Positions 10,936 to 26,600 of a stretch of DNA of 64,000 nt are shown piece after piece. Every line of letters begins with the position of its first letter. The stretch's first letter is position 1. The notes beneath the pieces were generated by a model that saw only the letters and a program-made list of their open reading frames with translations, did not search any database and had not been told where the DNA came from. A program made the position numbers and the translations under genes. The DNA comes from Rotaria socialis (lineage: Eukaryota). The DNA lies in NCBI GenBank assembly GCA_905331295.1, contig CAJNYD010000023.1:1-64000 (forward strand), read 5' to 3'.

Positions 10936-13900
10936 TCATTCTTTTCCTTTCAACATAGCTATGAATTTATCATCACTATCTGACTTATACGTCGATGGTA
11001 CACTTGTAGCTGTTTCTCTAGGCGGCGGCTCACTACTAAACAATTGTGAAAACGGACTCTTCGCTTGTGTTTCAAATCTTGGCGTCGTCGGTCGACTGCT
11101 GTCATCATACTCGACTTTTACATTTGTAATTCGTTCGATCTCACTATCAGGTCCATCATCGTCATCTTCGTCGCCATCCTCACTTAGTACTAATGAACCT
11201 TTCATGATGTTAGGTGATGGTGTTACTTCGCTAGCAATTGCAGGTGCTGGCTGTTCAATAGCTAGTCTTCGATAGAGTGGTGTGGGTACTGTGGGTGGTT
11301 TGGTTGTCGGACGAAGTTGATGTTGATCATTTAATGTTAGGAGCGGTGGACCGAATGGATCAGCGAGTTGAGGAGCAGATGCAAGAGTTGAATTAACACG
11401 AATATCTGTTGCTTGATCGCCATATTTATTACGTGTACGAGCCCAATTTGCCTTTATATCGACTTCACGTTGTCGTTCAGATGATGTGATAAAGGTTTTG
11501 GTTGTTGATACGCAAATTAATTGATCACGATTCAATTGGTCAAACCGTTCAATCTATACAAATAGTAATTCTGCTTTGAAAACATGCATATGTAAGATAA
11601 AAGGAACTTACTACACATCCATTTTCATCAAATAATGCTTGAATAGGTTGCATTAAATTCCATTTAAGTTTAGCATTGTCCATTAATTCATTTAAATTAC
11701 TACCAAAACATTGAACAGCTGTTTCTTTTGGTTCACCATTCGAATAGATCATAACTCGTTTCTAAATAAATAGATAAATCATGAATGTATTTTTTCTTTT
11801 TTTGAAAATAATAAAAAATACAATTTTTGAATGTTGTCCAAAACGGTCCGTTGCTGTTATTGAAATAGGTTTTGTTACTTCAGGTTGTTGCAACAAACGA
11901 AGCTGATCTATCGACGACTATACATGAAATAAAGCTAATAGAAAAAATGTTTATTTTTAGATATAAAATTTTACTCGTAGTAATTCGACGTCGTCTTGTT
12001 TATCAAGTTCTTCATCAGACTTCTCGGTCCAATGTCCTTTTTTCAAAACAGGTTCATTTGGATTCGGTTGTGGAGTAAGTTGACCTGGTGATTGACTCGA
12101 TATACGACGTCCTAAATAATATTTCAATCGAAAACATTAGAAAACTAATCAATTTAGTGCAACCTTTCATAATACGTAGTGCATGTTTTTCTTTTTCAAA
12201 GTCATGCACAACGGTTGTACGTTGTTCACGTTGGATCACACGTAGACTTTGTCGTTGATCAATATCTATAATAGAATTGTTATAGAAAACAAAACTTTTA
12301 AATCAATTTTTTTCACGCACTAGCTGGATTCACAAATGGTTCGCCAGATGAAACCCATACTTCAATTGGAAACTTCAATAAATAGTTAATATCAATATCG
12401 ATATCATTTGGTTTTGCGAATGAATTTTGTTTTATTGCTCGTTTGATATCATAAGGCTTTGGTAGAGCTTGAAAACGTTGTTTTGATGGACTTATATCTC
12501 GAAGTTTTGCTGCAAGTGTTGCTCGTTCTGATTGATTGTCAGCGCTTGCTCGACGTTTAGAAGTAGGATCTATTTAAAATTGGTATTAGATATTTGAGAA
12601 CATAAATCGAGATTTTATTTACTTGGTGGTAAAGGTGTAGCTAATTCAACATTGTCAAGAAGTGGTTCTACAAAAATAATGAAAAAAATTGTTTTCTTTT
12701 TAAATTCTATTCGAATAGATGCGAAAGTAATTTACGTTTTGCTTTCGTATCTTTTGTTTTTATAATATTTGTATAACGATTTTTATAATAGCTTTTAGCC
12801 CATTCAATAAGATCCTCGACCGTTAATATGACTGCACCATCAATAACATAAAATCTTCGTGCGCCATTTGTTAAATTTAATCGATGAGCAGCTTGATCAA
12901 GTAACTAAAGTTAACATAAATTTATTTCATGTTCTCGCACATGGAAAAATATTGTAAAGTATGTTCAGATTTACGAAAAACGAGATTCCCAAAATGACTT
13001 GAGTCACTCTGAACTAGACGTAAAGAATCTTGACTCAGTTTAGTTTGAATAATTGAGATAATGATTTAAAAAAACATTTATTAAATATCCAAATATGTGT
13101 GGATGGTTTGGTATTGGAAATGAATGAAAACAATAAAGAATGAAGAAAATATGGGATTTAATATAAGTATCAGATGTCATAATAAAATTCTCAGTAGTAA
13201 GATGAATTCTAACGAATTTCAATGAAAATTCAATGTTGTCTAACTAAGTCAAAAGAGAATTACGTTGACTGCATCAGAATCAAATGTCTGCAGAATCCTA
13301 TCAATAATATTCGATTTCCTACTTTTAGGTAAGTTATGAGTGTTGTTCATTCACTGATACTTACACCAATAATACTTGAACCAATCAACAGTTGGCCTGG
13401 TTTTGTGTGTCCATCTCCATTACGATAAGCAAGCAAATGAACAATTTGAATTGGTTTTGCAGCTGCTAATTCTTTAGCAATGTTTCGAACGCTTGCTTCT
13501 TGTCTTAATCTTTAATTAAACATAAAACTTAATATTCAAAAGCAAAAGAACTAAAATATATACTGTTCGAGTTGTTCTTTTCGTTCTAGAAGCGTAATTT
13601 CAGCTTCAGTTGATGTTAAATCAACTTTATGATTCAAACATTGAAATGGACCAGGAAACTTAAGATCTTGTCCTAAACGGCATCACAATTATATTCTTTA
13701 TTTAAAAAACGAAGAAGAAGAAGAACAACACTTTACTTTTTCCGACGGCGCAGACAAAATGTTTATCTGGATCAATTTTAACTAAACGAAATTTTCCACG
13801 CATTGCTTGTGCACAAGCAAGGCAAACCGGTACATCTTCGGATTGATCATTAACGTTCAAAATCGATGCAGTAAATCCCTTTAAAACATAACAAACAAGA

Positions 13901-16900
13901 AACTTGAAAGATTAATTGGAAAAATTGATTTTTCTTACCGGTTGAGACAAAGCTTCATAACTAACTGTATACGAACAAATATTCGCTCGGTTAGCTGCTG
14001 TTATTTCTAAAATAGAAATCATATGGTTTGCTTTTCACATTGCACTTTATAATTATGTCACTACCTTTATCGATGGATGTTGAATTGAATGAAAAAAATA
14101 GATTAAGTTTTTCATCGTAAGACCATTTTTGATTCGCACAACCATTTTCTTCATATCGTCGTTGTTGTAATGTTACTGAACAACCAACACAAGAGATATT
14201 ATTTTCATTGGATTCATTTCCTGTACACGATGGAAGTAATACAGTTAAAACCATGGTTGGCCGAGCTTTAGACGTGATTAAACTAAAATAAAGATAAGAC
14301 GAGTAGTGAAGAAAAAAAAATAAAACTTAAAATTTAATTTACAATGTTTTTGAAAAATCCATGTCAGCATCATTTTCATCGAAAGGCACAAAATTCCAAC
14401 GTTGATAGATATCATCTGGATTACGACGTTTTAATATAACTTCAACCACTTTACCTTCAATTTCTTTGACACCAAAAACTAAATTTCGATCATCGACACA
14501 TGATATATAACCCGCTGACGGCTCCCATATAAATCTTTGCATTGACACTGCTACTGTTTTCGGTAACTTTCGATTCGATTTAGAAAATGAGAAACTTCAA
14601 ATATTAAAACAGTAGTTTTTTTTTCTAGTTAAAATGAAATATATTTCTTAAACTTACTTATCCGGAGTTGGGTTAAGTGAATCACCTAGATTTTGTTCGT
14701 CATTTTTTAACATAACAACATCGTCATCATCGGCTTCTAGATTTAAACTTTTATTAGCAATCTTTTCCCATGGCCAACGAAATTTTTCTTTCGATTTCTT
14801 ATCCACCGTTTTATGTGCTCGTTCATGTGCCGTTCTAAAACAAAAGAATTATTGTACAGACATGGAAAGTTAAAGCAATAGTATTATTTTCATGTATGCA
14901 TTTTGTTTTGCATTAAACAAACAGAAAACAAAACTGTGATAGAGTGTAAATTTCTTTGAATACATACTGAGGGCTAAAAGAGAATAAAATGAAAAGGATA
15001 AAAAAAGATGCAGAATAGATAAATGATCACTTGTGAAACGTGGGGAAATACCTTTTTTCCTTAAATATTCTTCACATTTGTTCAAAACGATAGATTTAGA
15101 GCCTGATTAAATCAATAGAAAACTATCTGGAATTCTTACCTTGGCTCATGTTCAGTTGCTTCGTCTTCGATAGGCTGGTCATTGTCAATAACATGTTCAA
15201 TTAGTTCACCTTTTTCAACACGTTTGCGTTGTTTAAAATTCAATGCACATATATTAACGATCAACCGAGAATTTTCAATAAGACCTCTTTCTGTTGATAC
15301 AACATATTCTATCAACAACAAAAAAACAATAAATAATATATGGAAGTGCAACAAAATGTTTTTACCAGTTGGATTTCTCATCGCACAATAGAAAGCAATC
15401 ATACGAACATCATTACTTAAATAGGCTAATAATAATCGACGTTGTTGTTCCGCTTTTGTTAGTTCTGGATCGATCCATTGTTCGCCACATGTGACATAGA
15501 CATAGGAATCACGTGTGATTGATGTTAAATCAAATAATTCTGTACCCTGAGTATCAAATAACCGACGGCCAGCAAATGGTAGATTACAAAGCGTTGTAGC
15601 GTTTTCCAGAAACTATTTGAAACAATAGACAAACAATAAATAACTACATGTCGAAAACAAACTAATTAGACAAAATAGAAACGAACTAATTTTATTTCAC
15701 GTTGTCGAGCATCTGCCATACGTTTAATTTGTCGATGAGCACGTTGCTCTTTTTCAGGTTCAGGAATACGTAAACGTCGATACATATTACTTGAAGCTTT
15801 TGTTTCGAGAATAAGCTATGAATAGACGAATTGGTTATTGATGTTTAGCATTTTAAAAATTATATATTTATATTAATTACATTTGAAATATCAGGACCAA
15901 CCACTGATACAGCTTTAGTAAGATCACGTTCTCCATTTTTCAGTGCTTGTAATCGAATAGGCACAACTACAAAAACAAAATAACAATAATCAATTATCAA
16001 AAAAGTCAAGCATACACGACGGTGGTGTTTGAGATGATCTGAGAAATTTGATAGGCGGTACATTTGGAATAAGACATCCTTCAATAGGCCATTGCAGTTC
16101 CTGAAAATGAAAATAACAAATATCAACCAAAAAGAACTTTTTTTTTCCTAAGATTAGCACTTCAGAAAATACTATGATAGAGAGCTTGCCAGCTCTATAT
16201 TTTCTATGTCGAACTCATAGATATTTCTTAACTTTATTATAACAAAACAAACAGCGACGAAACAAAAATCACTGATAGACAGTAGTTTATTTTCAAGAAT
16301 GATCATCGGTAAAAGAATCAATGGATCTTACGTATTTGTGTTTTTTGAATTGATCTTTATGCGAGTGTAGGCCTCACTTATTTTTGTTTCTATTATTATT
16401 TCTTATTATTTTAACTATGAGTTTACCTAGCAAATCAACACAATCTACAGAAAATTTCGATACACCATCATTTATGTTGATAAACTAAAAATTCATAAGT
16501 ATTTATTCTGATACTAAACTGCAACGTGAAGATCTCACCATTCTTCTACTAGCAATAGGATAATTGTGATAAAATTCTACATCATTAATCAACATTATTG
16601 ATATGTTGAATAAGAAATTTTCGTCTGCGCAGAAATCAAAACAAGTAGTATTTATAGTAAAATATTTTAGTAACATTTCCTACTGTGAGAATATTCGGAA
16701 AAAAATCTAAGCTGGTCCCTGATATCATATTGAAATTTGAATTCTCTATACTTAGAAGCAAAAATACAATCTAACAAGGATGCTGGAAATAATTGTGTGA
16801 AAATTAGTATCACTGAAAATCGTAATCAACATAAGCAATAGACTATCAGTACCTGTAGATCAAAAACGGATGTCGCTAATAGTGACGCAGAAAAATTTTT

Positions 16901-19900
16901 TCTTTCCTATTTAATCAACTTACAGGAATATTTTCACCTGTTGCGTCTACTGGCCATGTTAAAGCCATTTTATGCCAAAGAGGATTTTCAACTTTCGAAT
17001 ATTTCCAATCGCCAATAGTAAAACCTGATATTTGGCGAATACCCCAGCTAAACAAAGAAAATATGAAGTTTTTTTAAATTTTCTTTGAATTGAAAATTGT
17101 TTGTACCGTTGTTGATGAATGAAAGGTGAGTTTTGTGGACATTTCGGGCAAACAGATACAAACGCAACAAATGGATCATCGTCATTGACTGGCATTCCTT
17201 TGGCAGCAAAGCCTCCTTCGTCATCTGGCACTATATCTGCTACACTTGTCAACGCAAGGTTTCTATCAGCTTGTGAAACAATATAACCATCAAAGGTAAA
17301 TATCCATATTTGATCAGCTGTTCGATCAGTTGCTTTACTTCTTAATTGAACACCATAACCAGCTAGAGTTTCTGCTTTACGTTGACTGTGTAATAGTTTA
17401 CTAGGTTTCCATGTTAGTTGAACATTCTGTTCGCGTACTACAGTTAATACTAAAGAAGTTACTTGTCGATTATAAATATAACCATCCTTAAAAAGAATGA
17501 AAAGAATTTGTTATAATATTTTCAAGATGATTTGTTTTGTTTTACTTTATCATAACACCATGTTTGCAAGTCAGTTTCAGAAAAAATTCTTTTTGGTGGC
17601 GCTTTACCAGTAGTTGGTTTTGCTTTTGGATCTGGTAGAATAATTTTATTAATTTGTAATTCTGGATAAATTAACATTTTATCTTGAGCGATAAATGTAA
17701 CATGTTCACTAATACGCTCTTGTTTTGCTTTGCTATCGATTATGTTTCTTTCATCGTCATTTAAATCGTTCTCATAACTTTTTGCTATGGCATCATCTGG
17801 TATTGTTTCAATTGGTATCCAAGCAGCTGCTAATTGTCTTCAAAATAAGAAATAAACATTTTCTATAATGACTAACATATTCTCTACGACAGAAAACATT
17901 AGCGTCAACCGAGAAAATCTAGCGAGATTCAAGGTTTCTAAAAGGAATCTGATAATTAAACAAGATAAAGAGTGAATATTTCAAACTTGAATTTTCATGA
18001 AGTCCACTGTTTTTGTCTCGAAATCAATAAAGTCAACTTATCGTGCAGAGTGAATTTCGTCGAGATAGGATTTATTTCCTATCTCGACTTGCCTTGAAAT
18101 AAATTAAATACGAGACAGCTAGTACAAAAATAAATTAGATATCAGTCCTTTGTTTATCTAATAACAAAAATGTTCGATTAGACACGGCGTTTGCCTAGGA
18201 AGAAAAAATCTATATTGAATCTGCGTAGACATAGAAAAGATTAGTCAGATGACGATATGAATGCAAACAAAAAATATTCTCATCAGTCTATGAAAACTCC
18301 GACAACACTTCGATTACTGAACATATGCGCCATTTCGATGATATATTTCGAAAACGATACAGTAATCTCCTTGAAAAAGTTTCCATGGAAGAAAAGTTGC
18401 TACGATAATACTTAATTATTTAATATTTTCAATGTTTTCATAGTTCTTATCACAAAATATATCCATGTTCATACATATTTGTGGATTCGATAGTCTTATT
18501 TCCGGAGATGAATAGAGTCAATAATCGGATAAGTTCATGATTAACTACAATGTCCGAAGTTATCTTTTTCAATACGAATTTTCAAGTATAAATTTCAAAA
18601 TCAATTATTCATTAATTTCTGAAGCATATCAAACTCGCTTATTTAATAATACCTAAAAAATGTACTATGTATGTAGAAAATAAGCTATATCCTCAAGCTT
18701 TTTCCAAAGCATTCATAAACCATTGAAATCTGCATCATGGCCATAATCTCTACTACAAGTAATTATACACTAGAAAAATTTCCTTCGTTAACTCAAAGTT
18801 ACGCCCGAAAGTAAAGAATCGCCTTCTGTTCACTTTCTTTTTATCATAGTATTCATAGATTAAAACTAAATTTTGATTTTCAACTTATCGCAAATAACTT
18901 CTAATAACACGCAACTATCCTCAAGGAAAAAAATACGGTTATTGTTTTACCTTGCTGTTCGTTTTTCTTTGCCCTCAATAATTTGACTATCTGGCCGGAA
19001 TGTCTTGAGTAGTATTCTTGAATCATTCTTTTGATAAATATCTACACTATGCATTTGAATAGTTAAACATGGTTCTAAAGCAACAACAATAATTCTGTTA
19101 ATGAGTCTAAAAAAACTAGACAGCAAATATTTCACTATACCATATGCTGGCCGATAGTCTTCTCCGTACGATATAAATATATCTTGTTTCGCTTGTAATT
19201 GCCCGATAAGTTTTATTTCAGTTCCATTTATATCAAACACTCGTTTAGGACGTTGTCGTGCAAACATCTCGATTGATGTTTGTAAATAATCAAGAAGATA
19301 TTCAATTGGTGTTTGTGGAATATTTTTCGATGGTAAACTGCGAAGATTTAAATAAATCTTTGGGTCAGATCTATCAAATGAACCATTTTCATGAACCTAA
19401 AAGTATTATTCACGGGTTAAATGATACAAAAGTGAAATGAAATTTGATTACTGTTAAACATATAGGATGTCGTCCAACAATTTTATCATAAAAATCAATT
19501 TCAGCAATGTGATCAATAGGAAATCTAGGTCCCATTTCCTATACAAAGAAAAAAGATTTGTAAGAGTCGATAAAAAAAAACAAATAAATACCTTTTCCTT
19601 GTCTTTATCTGCTTCTATTTCATCCATTCGTAGTTTATAAATTTCCATTATAGACTTGATTTCTTTGATTTTTATTTCTAATTCCTAAGAAAAATAAAAA
19701 TTAGATTTTAAAAATTTATTTTTATTGAATTTTACTTGTTTGGACATTCGAAGTTCTTTAATTGACATCGATAGACAACTTTTATCTTTGTCCGATAGTT
19801 TATCGTTAATTTTTCTTTTTTCTTTATCAGTGCCCTCATTCGATGAAATCTGTTCATCAACACCATCGTCATCACTTTCTTCATTATGATCGCTTTCATG

Positions 19901-22900
19901 TTTTGTTTTTTGTTTTTCTTTCATAACAATAATTACTTCTTTATATTTTCTTTTTTTCTTTTTGTATTGTGTATTCATTTTTTGATAACTTTCTTCAAGA
20001 TAGGTATAAGCACCCTTTGGTCGAAATCGTTCACCTTTACTAATCCATACTGGTCCATATATATAATCATTATCTGTAGTTGACACTTTACATTCATCGG
20101 TGTCCAAAACTAAAATTTATTTATTTGATTGAAAATAAGAATTAAAAAAAAGATAAATCTCTGAGAATATTTACAAATTCTAAGTGATTTTATTTCATCG
20201 CCACGATAATTATATACTTTTCTTGCATGGGCTGTTAATTCCAGTTTTTTTGTACAATCATCAAGAAACTAAAATAAAATAATAAATAATTTTCTAGTGC
20301 AAAAATTGTATGAAGTTTTAAAAAAAGAAACCTTTTCAAAATTATCTTTCAAAACAGCATCAATTAAAATTTGATAAACAGCATCATAATGACCGAAACC
20401 ATTTTCAATAATTGTTAAACTAATACTTTTTTTGATTTGTTTACTAAAATAGAGAATCAATGAATAAGTCGTTTTACTTGCCGAATTCTCCTAAAATGTG
20501 CGTACTGATATCAAAGATGGTGCAGGAGTCATATGTAGGATTATGCTTAAAGTTTGAGACCTTTAGTTCTATAATTTTGTTTTTAAATTAGTTACAAATT
20601 AAGTTTTGAAATAAATTATGAGAACAATTTTATAGTATGACTTTATATAAACAGAAAATTCGTTTAAAATACACCGCAATCCATTATATATGACTAATGC
20701 TTGGATGAGATTGAGGGCCGCAGGTCACATTTTTTTTCTTTCTACTAGAAATCATACGTAAGTAAAACCTCATGCTGTTCGTCACTTACAGTCAAAGGGA
20801 GAGTAGTTGTAGTAGTAGTTCAAGGTAACATACTCTGGTAGTCGTTACTTTGAATGAGAAAACTATTACTATGTCTTACTCTATATACGTATAGTCTAAG
20901 TGATTTTTGAAGATGACTCTTATTGAGCTTCATAATGAACAGAAGGTACTCAGAGTATAATATATCTAATAATTGTTATTTACTTAAAATTCAACGAAGA
21001 TTGATATTCGCTTGGTGATAATTAAAAACAATTCTATGCTCAAATCATCTCTCATCCTTTACGTAAGAGATTTCAATCAAGTGAAGTCAACACCTATGAT
21101 CAATGGTCAGGCGTATTCTTAGAATAGAGAAAAAGAATTGTACTCGTATACTCAATTGTTATAACACAACACAGGAGAAGTTCAAGCTCATTGAAATCAA
21201 ATTTCACACATAGGCAACACATCATTGCTTCTACGAAGTGTAATCTAAGAGGAAGTTCATCCTTTTGAAATTAAGAACGCATGAATTGATTTTTCAAGAG
21301 CTGTCTTTATTAAATGTTTCGAATTTCATTAGAAAAGAAATAGAATTGCAGTGTCGAATATCTGAATTTTCACTATGAAAATGTGATATTCATGACATAT
21401 CAAAAGACTGTGGCCTTCAAAATTCATATACAAATATATGTTGATCGAGTATATTATTTTACAGATCTACATAGATCAATTTAACTCTTTCCTGCTGATA
21501 AAACTAAAATATCAATCATGCGAGATGATATTAAACGACAGTAAACATATATCACACACACACACTTCAAGCAGCAATAAACGCACTCTCAAAAAATTCT
21601 ACCTTCGTGACCTATCTCAATTGCATGCACCACACTGCATGATTTACAAATTGTGTTACTTTGACAACACAAGATTAGTATCGTTTTTTTTTTGAATATT
21701 TTTCTAATGACTTGACGTGAGAAAAACCCTCCCAGTATCTATCATCAACTTGACAGATATTATAGCAGAATTTAAACTTACTCTAAACGTTTTGATATCG
21801 CAGCTTTTGTTTTAAATGATTCCGGTTTATTTGAATCTGTATGTAAACCTTTCACAGTCCATGTTGAATTCAGACTATATTCACTTTGTACTAAAATATA
21901 GTAAAAATAATTCTCTACTAATCTACTAATCAATTTGATTACTTCGAATAGCTTTATATGGATCTTTAAAATTTTCTCCAGTTGAAGCATAATATTCTTG
22001 ATTTGATTGTATATCTTCCACGCGATAGACTTCCTGTCCATTAGCATCAAATAAACGACGAGCAGCTGAAGACATATGAAGTTTTTCCGTTGCATATTGT
22101 AGAATCTATTTCATGTTCAATCTCAAAAACCGAACGATTTCTATTTAAAATTGAACTTACTGCATTTAAAGAATTTGCTTTACAGTAACAACACTTATCA
22201 TGATCTCCATTGCGATATACTGTTGCAATACAGGTTTGACCTTTTGAAGATGTTTTATGAATTACTGTTCCTGTACGTCTTTTCTTTGCTGATGGAGTCA
22301 TACTATAACAAATCGACGGAAGCTCAATTTGTTTTTATGAATATAAAATTCTAATGAAAAACATACGTTCGTGTTGGAGCACTTGTTGGACGATTGAATG
22401 AAGTATTACTAGTACCAAAAAATGAACTTAGATCAAGATGATCAACATTCGATCGTTGATAAGCTGAATCGATTTGTTCTTCTCGTGTTCTACCAATAGA
22501 CGTTGAACGACGACGACGACGACGACGTTGTCGTCGATGAGTTGCTGATGCCGGTGATCTCGGGGGTGCTACTTGAAGGAAATTCGAATGTGGTAATTTT
22601 TGAAGATAAGGTGATATGCCAGGCTTTGCTGCAGCTGACGATGAACGTGGTGGTATTGCTTGTTGATCTGCTTGTATTCGATAAATTCCATCTCTAGAAT
22701 GATAAAATTATCATTGAATAGAAGTGTTCTCTAAACAAAAACAAAAGAAAAAACGAATATAATAATAGAATATACATACTTCGGCTGCAATTGATGACCA
22801 GGCGTTATTTCATCCATATACTCCCTACAAAGTTGATCATCATTCATCGGACCATAATATTGATCTTGGTCATCAATTGAAAGAGAATGATGCATCGGAT

Positions 22901-22934
22901 TTATAGGAGGCCTAACAGAAACCGACGTTGTCAT
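10936..22934 (-). CDS. DCDC1: Doublecortin-domain + ricin-B-lectin protein, DCDC1-like (multi-exon)
   Basis: Repeated DCX-like units (VYRNGD...KLHMSSAARRLFDANGQEV; LQALKNGE; AYRNGDG; IYSNGE...LFDENG) interleaved with ricin QxW-type repeats (DQIWIF, YQRWNF, NQKWSY). ATG at 22934, stop at 10936, canonical introns where checked. Not every exon junction was verified. Confidence 0.8.
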
Positions 22935-22979
22935 ATTGACAATTTTTTTTTAATGTTTTTAATTTCCGTTGAATGATCG

Positions 22980-23070
22980 ATAGCCATAGTTAAGGTTTTA
23001 GTTATGGCATTAACCTCTACATTTATTCACCTAGCGACCCACATTATGCAACCATTCATTGCATAGCGGC
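22980..23070. promoter_or_regulatory. Candidate RFX X-box motifs upstream of the DCDC1-like ATG
   Basis: TAGCCATAGTTAA (22981), TTCACCTAGCGAC (23026-23038) and ATTGCATAGCGGC (23058) loosely match the X-box consensus, all within 140 bp of the ATG. Confidence 0.35.
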
Positions 23071-23641
23071 GACCTCTACTGGCACTCTTGGCTTAGTAGA
23101 ATAGACATCTTTGCACTACTATCAAGTTAATTTTACTAAGAGAAATCAATTCGAATGGAAAATAAATAATTTATGCTCAATCAACAAGATTCATAGAGTG
23201 TGTGAATATATCATCGTTCACTTACTCATTGACTATTTCTTCCGTCGATAATCAACGGTTTTATGAGCGTAACACAGTTTAACACAGAAAATGTTTTTTT
23301 CAATATGAAAAAGAATATTTTATCTGAATATACTTCTTCAATAGTTTTTCTTACAAAATAAAACTCTATTTATTTACTCTAATTTTGATTCAATAGTTTT
23401 GTTAATTATGTTCATACAGATAACTACTCGTGATATCATTTGAACTAAATAAATCAGACACTGCAGTTGAAAACAAACATTCGATATGGGCCATGAAAAA
23501 TAGTCAGTTCATATATGAAAAAAATAGAGCAATTTCTTTTATTATTTATATTAGATTAAAAGGACAACATAAAACAAACGCACTCTATCATACTGAAATA
23601 AATGAGTTTTGAAAGAAAGAAATTCACTCGTGATTCATAAA

Positions 23642-26600
23642 TTAAACACTGCCTGTTTTGATCGTTTTTATTAATAATTGAGCATTATTTGCTTTGATTG
23701 CTGCACGACATTGATTAATAGCAATTGTCTTATATTTTCCAACTAAATGATAAAAATAATATACTAGAGAAAATGATTCATTCAAATTTTAACTTATTTA
23801 CATCGTAAATTGCCAGCTTTTTGCACCATTTGATTAAGATATCTTAGTTTTTTCATTAATTCTTCATGATTTGTACATCGAATTTTATAACCATGAATTA
23901 GATCACGATTTAAATTTAATAAATCTATATAATTTCGTTTCATACAAGATCTAAATAAAAGAATTGAATGATGTTATTATTGTAGGTATTCAATAAAAAA
24001 CGTTTATATTGATATTTACATGTCACCAAGTAGACGTGCATCTTCTGCACGTATTAAAAAACTTCGAATAATATTTGAATGTTCAGCCATATCAGACGAA
24101 ATTCTTTGTCGTGCGATTTGATATTCTTCAATCTAAATAGACCATATTAGTTTATCAGTCTATTTTTTTGATTAAAAAAAACCTAAAAGTTTATTACCTC
24201 AGAAAACAATTTTTGAAGTATTTCAAGTTCGTGTGGAAAATCTCCTGTTGTTTGTAAGTCGTCAATATTTAAAAATTTACACATTGATTGAATTACATTT
24301 CCTGCTAATTCCATATCATCGGTTTGAATTGTTATCTTTTAAAAAGTCAAATAAATAAAAATAGAATGATAATCAAAACGATTAACTAACTTGTCCATTA
24401 TTTTGCATTTTAATAATTAATCTTGTATCGTTTCTAATTGCTAGAAAAGTCACATATAGACTTGGTGCAGTCGGTGCATATTCTTGCGCGAGAAGAAAAT
24501 TATGGTTAATCCAAGCAAGAGCCTTGTTATTTAAAAACAAACAGCAACATATTGAAGTATAAAACAACAGAAACTAACTCGTGGAATACGTTCATTGAGA
24601 TAAAATGTAACAAAGCCTTTAGGTTCTTGATCTGGTGCATTTTCAATCATCATATACATCGAAAACATAGGCAATGGTCGAGTCAATTCAAATACGTGAA
24701 AAAGTGTGCTATGAATAGTGCAATAAGATTTGAGTGAAATATATAATTATAGGTTACCTCGATTTAAATCCAACAAAAACTTGAATATGTAAATCTACAG
24801 GAGTATCACGAGCTGGAATTATTGGTACAGCAATACTCTCTTTTACATGATTAACAGCTGGATGACTAAATTCAGAGAAAAATCGTTTATATTGGATTTG
24901 GGGGCGGCACTTTATCTTTATTTTATTTTATCAGGTAAAGTAAAGTAGATTTACTTTATCCGAATAGTAAAGTAAAGTAAAGTAGATTTACTTTATCCGA
25001 ATAGTAAAGTAAAGTAAAGTAGATTTACTTTATCCGAATAGTAAAGTAAAGTAAAGTAAAGTAGTGAAAATTCCAAGTTAATTTTTGATTTTTATCTCGC
25101 CGTTAGCGCATCGATAACTTCGCAAAAAGTTAATTGATACTTAAAATATTGTCTTTCTTGTTCATTTGAGAATAAAAATTGTGCTAGAGAGAATATGGTT
25201 TATCTGTACTTTTGAATAAGGCTGAGTTGAGGTGGTGAAAAGTGAGTAATAATGAAACTTACTGTGCAGTTTTATTGTTGGCCTTCTTAAGTATAAAATA
25301 TTAAAGTTATATCATAGGCATGATATTTTCTATGATTTTTAAAAGAGAAATTTCTGAAAAGCTCGATCAAGACACTAAATAACTATGCATCAAGAAGTTC
25401 TTGAATCTCCTTGTGCATTTACTTTAACGGATGAATAGACTTATTGATGTGATACCCTAAGACTGACACTAATACTGGTATACTCAAAATAATGATAAAG
25501 AACTGATTAACTATAGAAATAAAGCATATGTTGTAGGGGAAATTAAAATCGTTCTTGAATTTTAATATGCTCTAGGAGAATTAAAAATTACGCTACAGAG
25601 GAAATTAACAATTTAAGTTGCTCTAGGGCAATTTAAGATTGACCTAGAATTTTTATTTCCCCTTCAACATATACTACAGATATTCTAACGTAATCCTAGT
25701 GTCACAATAGCAAAGGTATAAATGAGGATATGTTGAGAATAATTTTGAAATTCATTCCTTGAGTAAGATACTTTTTTTTTTAATAATACGATTTGAACCG
25801 AAAAAATGTTTTCTAAAACTTTGACAGACCAGCACTTGCGTACGACACACACAGTCATTATGTCATCGAATATTTAAAACAATGCACACAATATATTAGC
25901 CAATCAATAGATTCCAACTGGAATCATCTGTGAAGTCGATAACAACGAAGAAGTAAGACTGAGAAATAAAATCGTAAAAAGTACCTATTACGTTCTAAAA
26001 TAGTCCTAAAATTTTATCCTAATGAATTCAGCCTATTTACTAGAAACTTGGAGCAGTCATCCTATTCCGCAATGTTGAACATTCCGGAATAGGATGTATT
26101 CTCAGAAAAAATATCAAAAAAAAATGTTAGCGCAATCCCTGTGGGATTCAAATGTAAAACACGATGGAACTCGTTTGCTGGAATCCGTCTACCACGGTCT
26201 CTGAGTCTTTGTAGATTTTCTGCCACTGTCTGTAATCATACGTGCAGTCATTTCGCTCACGATCGGTATTTTGATCTATGGAGTGGGTAGAGACCATCAC
26301 AGACCGTGATAGAGAAATTAATTAATTAGCCAATCAGCTAATTAATAAATTTCTCTGTCACAATTTGTGTGAGGAGGGGGAGGAATGGATCCAAATTTTT
26401 ACCCTATATACTTCAACACTTCTTCCAGATCGTGTTTCACAAAAGGCATAATTTAGGTATCAATGCTAATATTGTAGCTGATTATATATTAGAGGTTGAT
26501 CAAATCATTTTCAAAACTTTCTACTTTGTCGTGTACGTGATCGTAAAGCTGCATCTGCGTCTCTTTACTGTGAATTGTATTGGTAAAGTAAAATGAAATA

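Noticed and set aside
10913..11275. 120-aa plus-strand ORF
   Set aside because: Antisense shadow of the last DCDC1-like exon.
22503..22545. (ACG)n/(TCG)n hairpin-like repeat
   Set aside because: Explained by the poly-Arg codons of the DCDC1-like exon.
24945..25062. 37-bp direct repeats as a CRISPR-like array
   Set aside because: Contiguous tandem units with no unique spacers and no cas genes; they lie in a hAT subterminal region.
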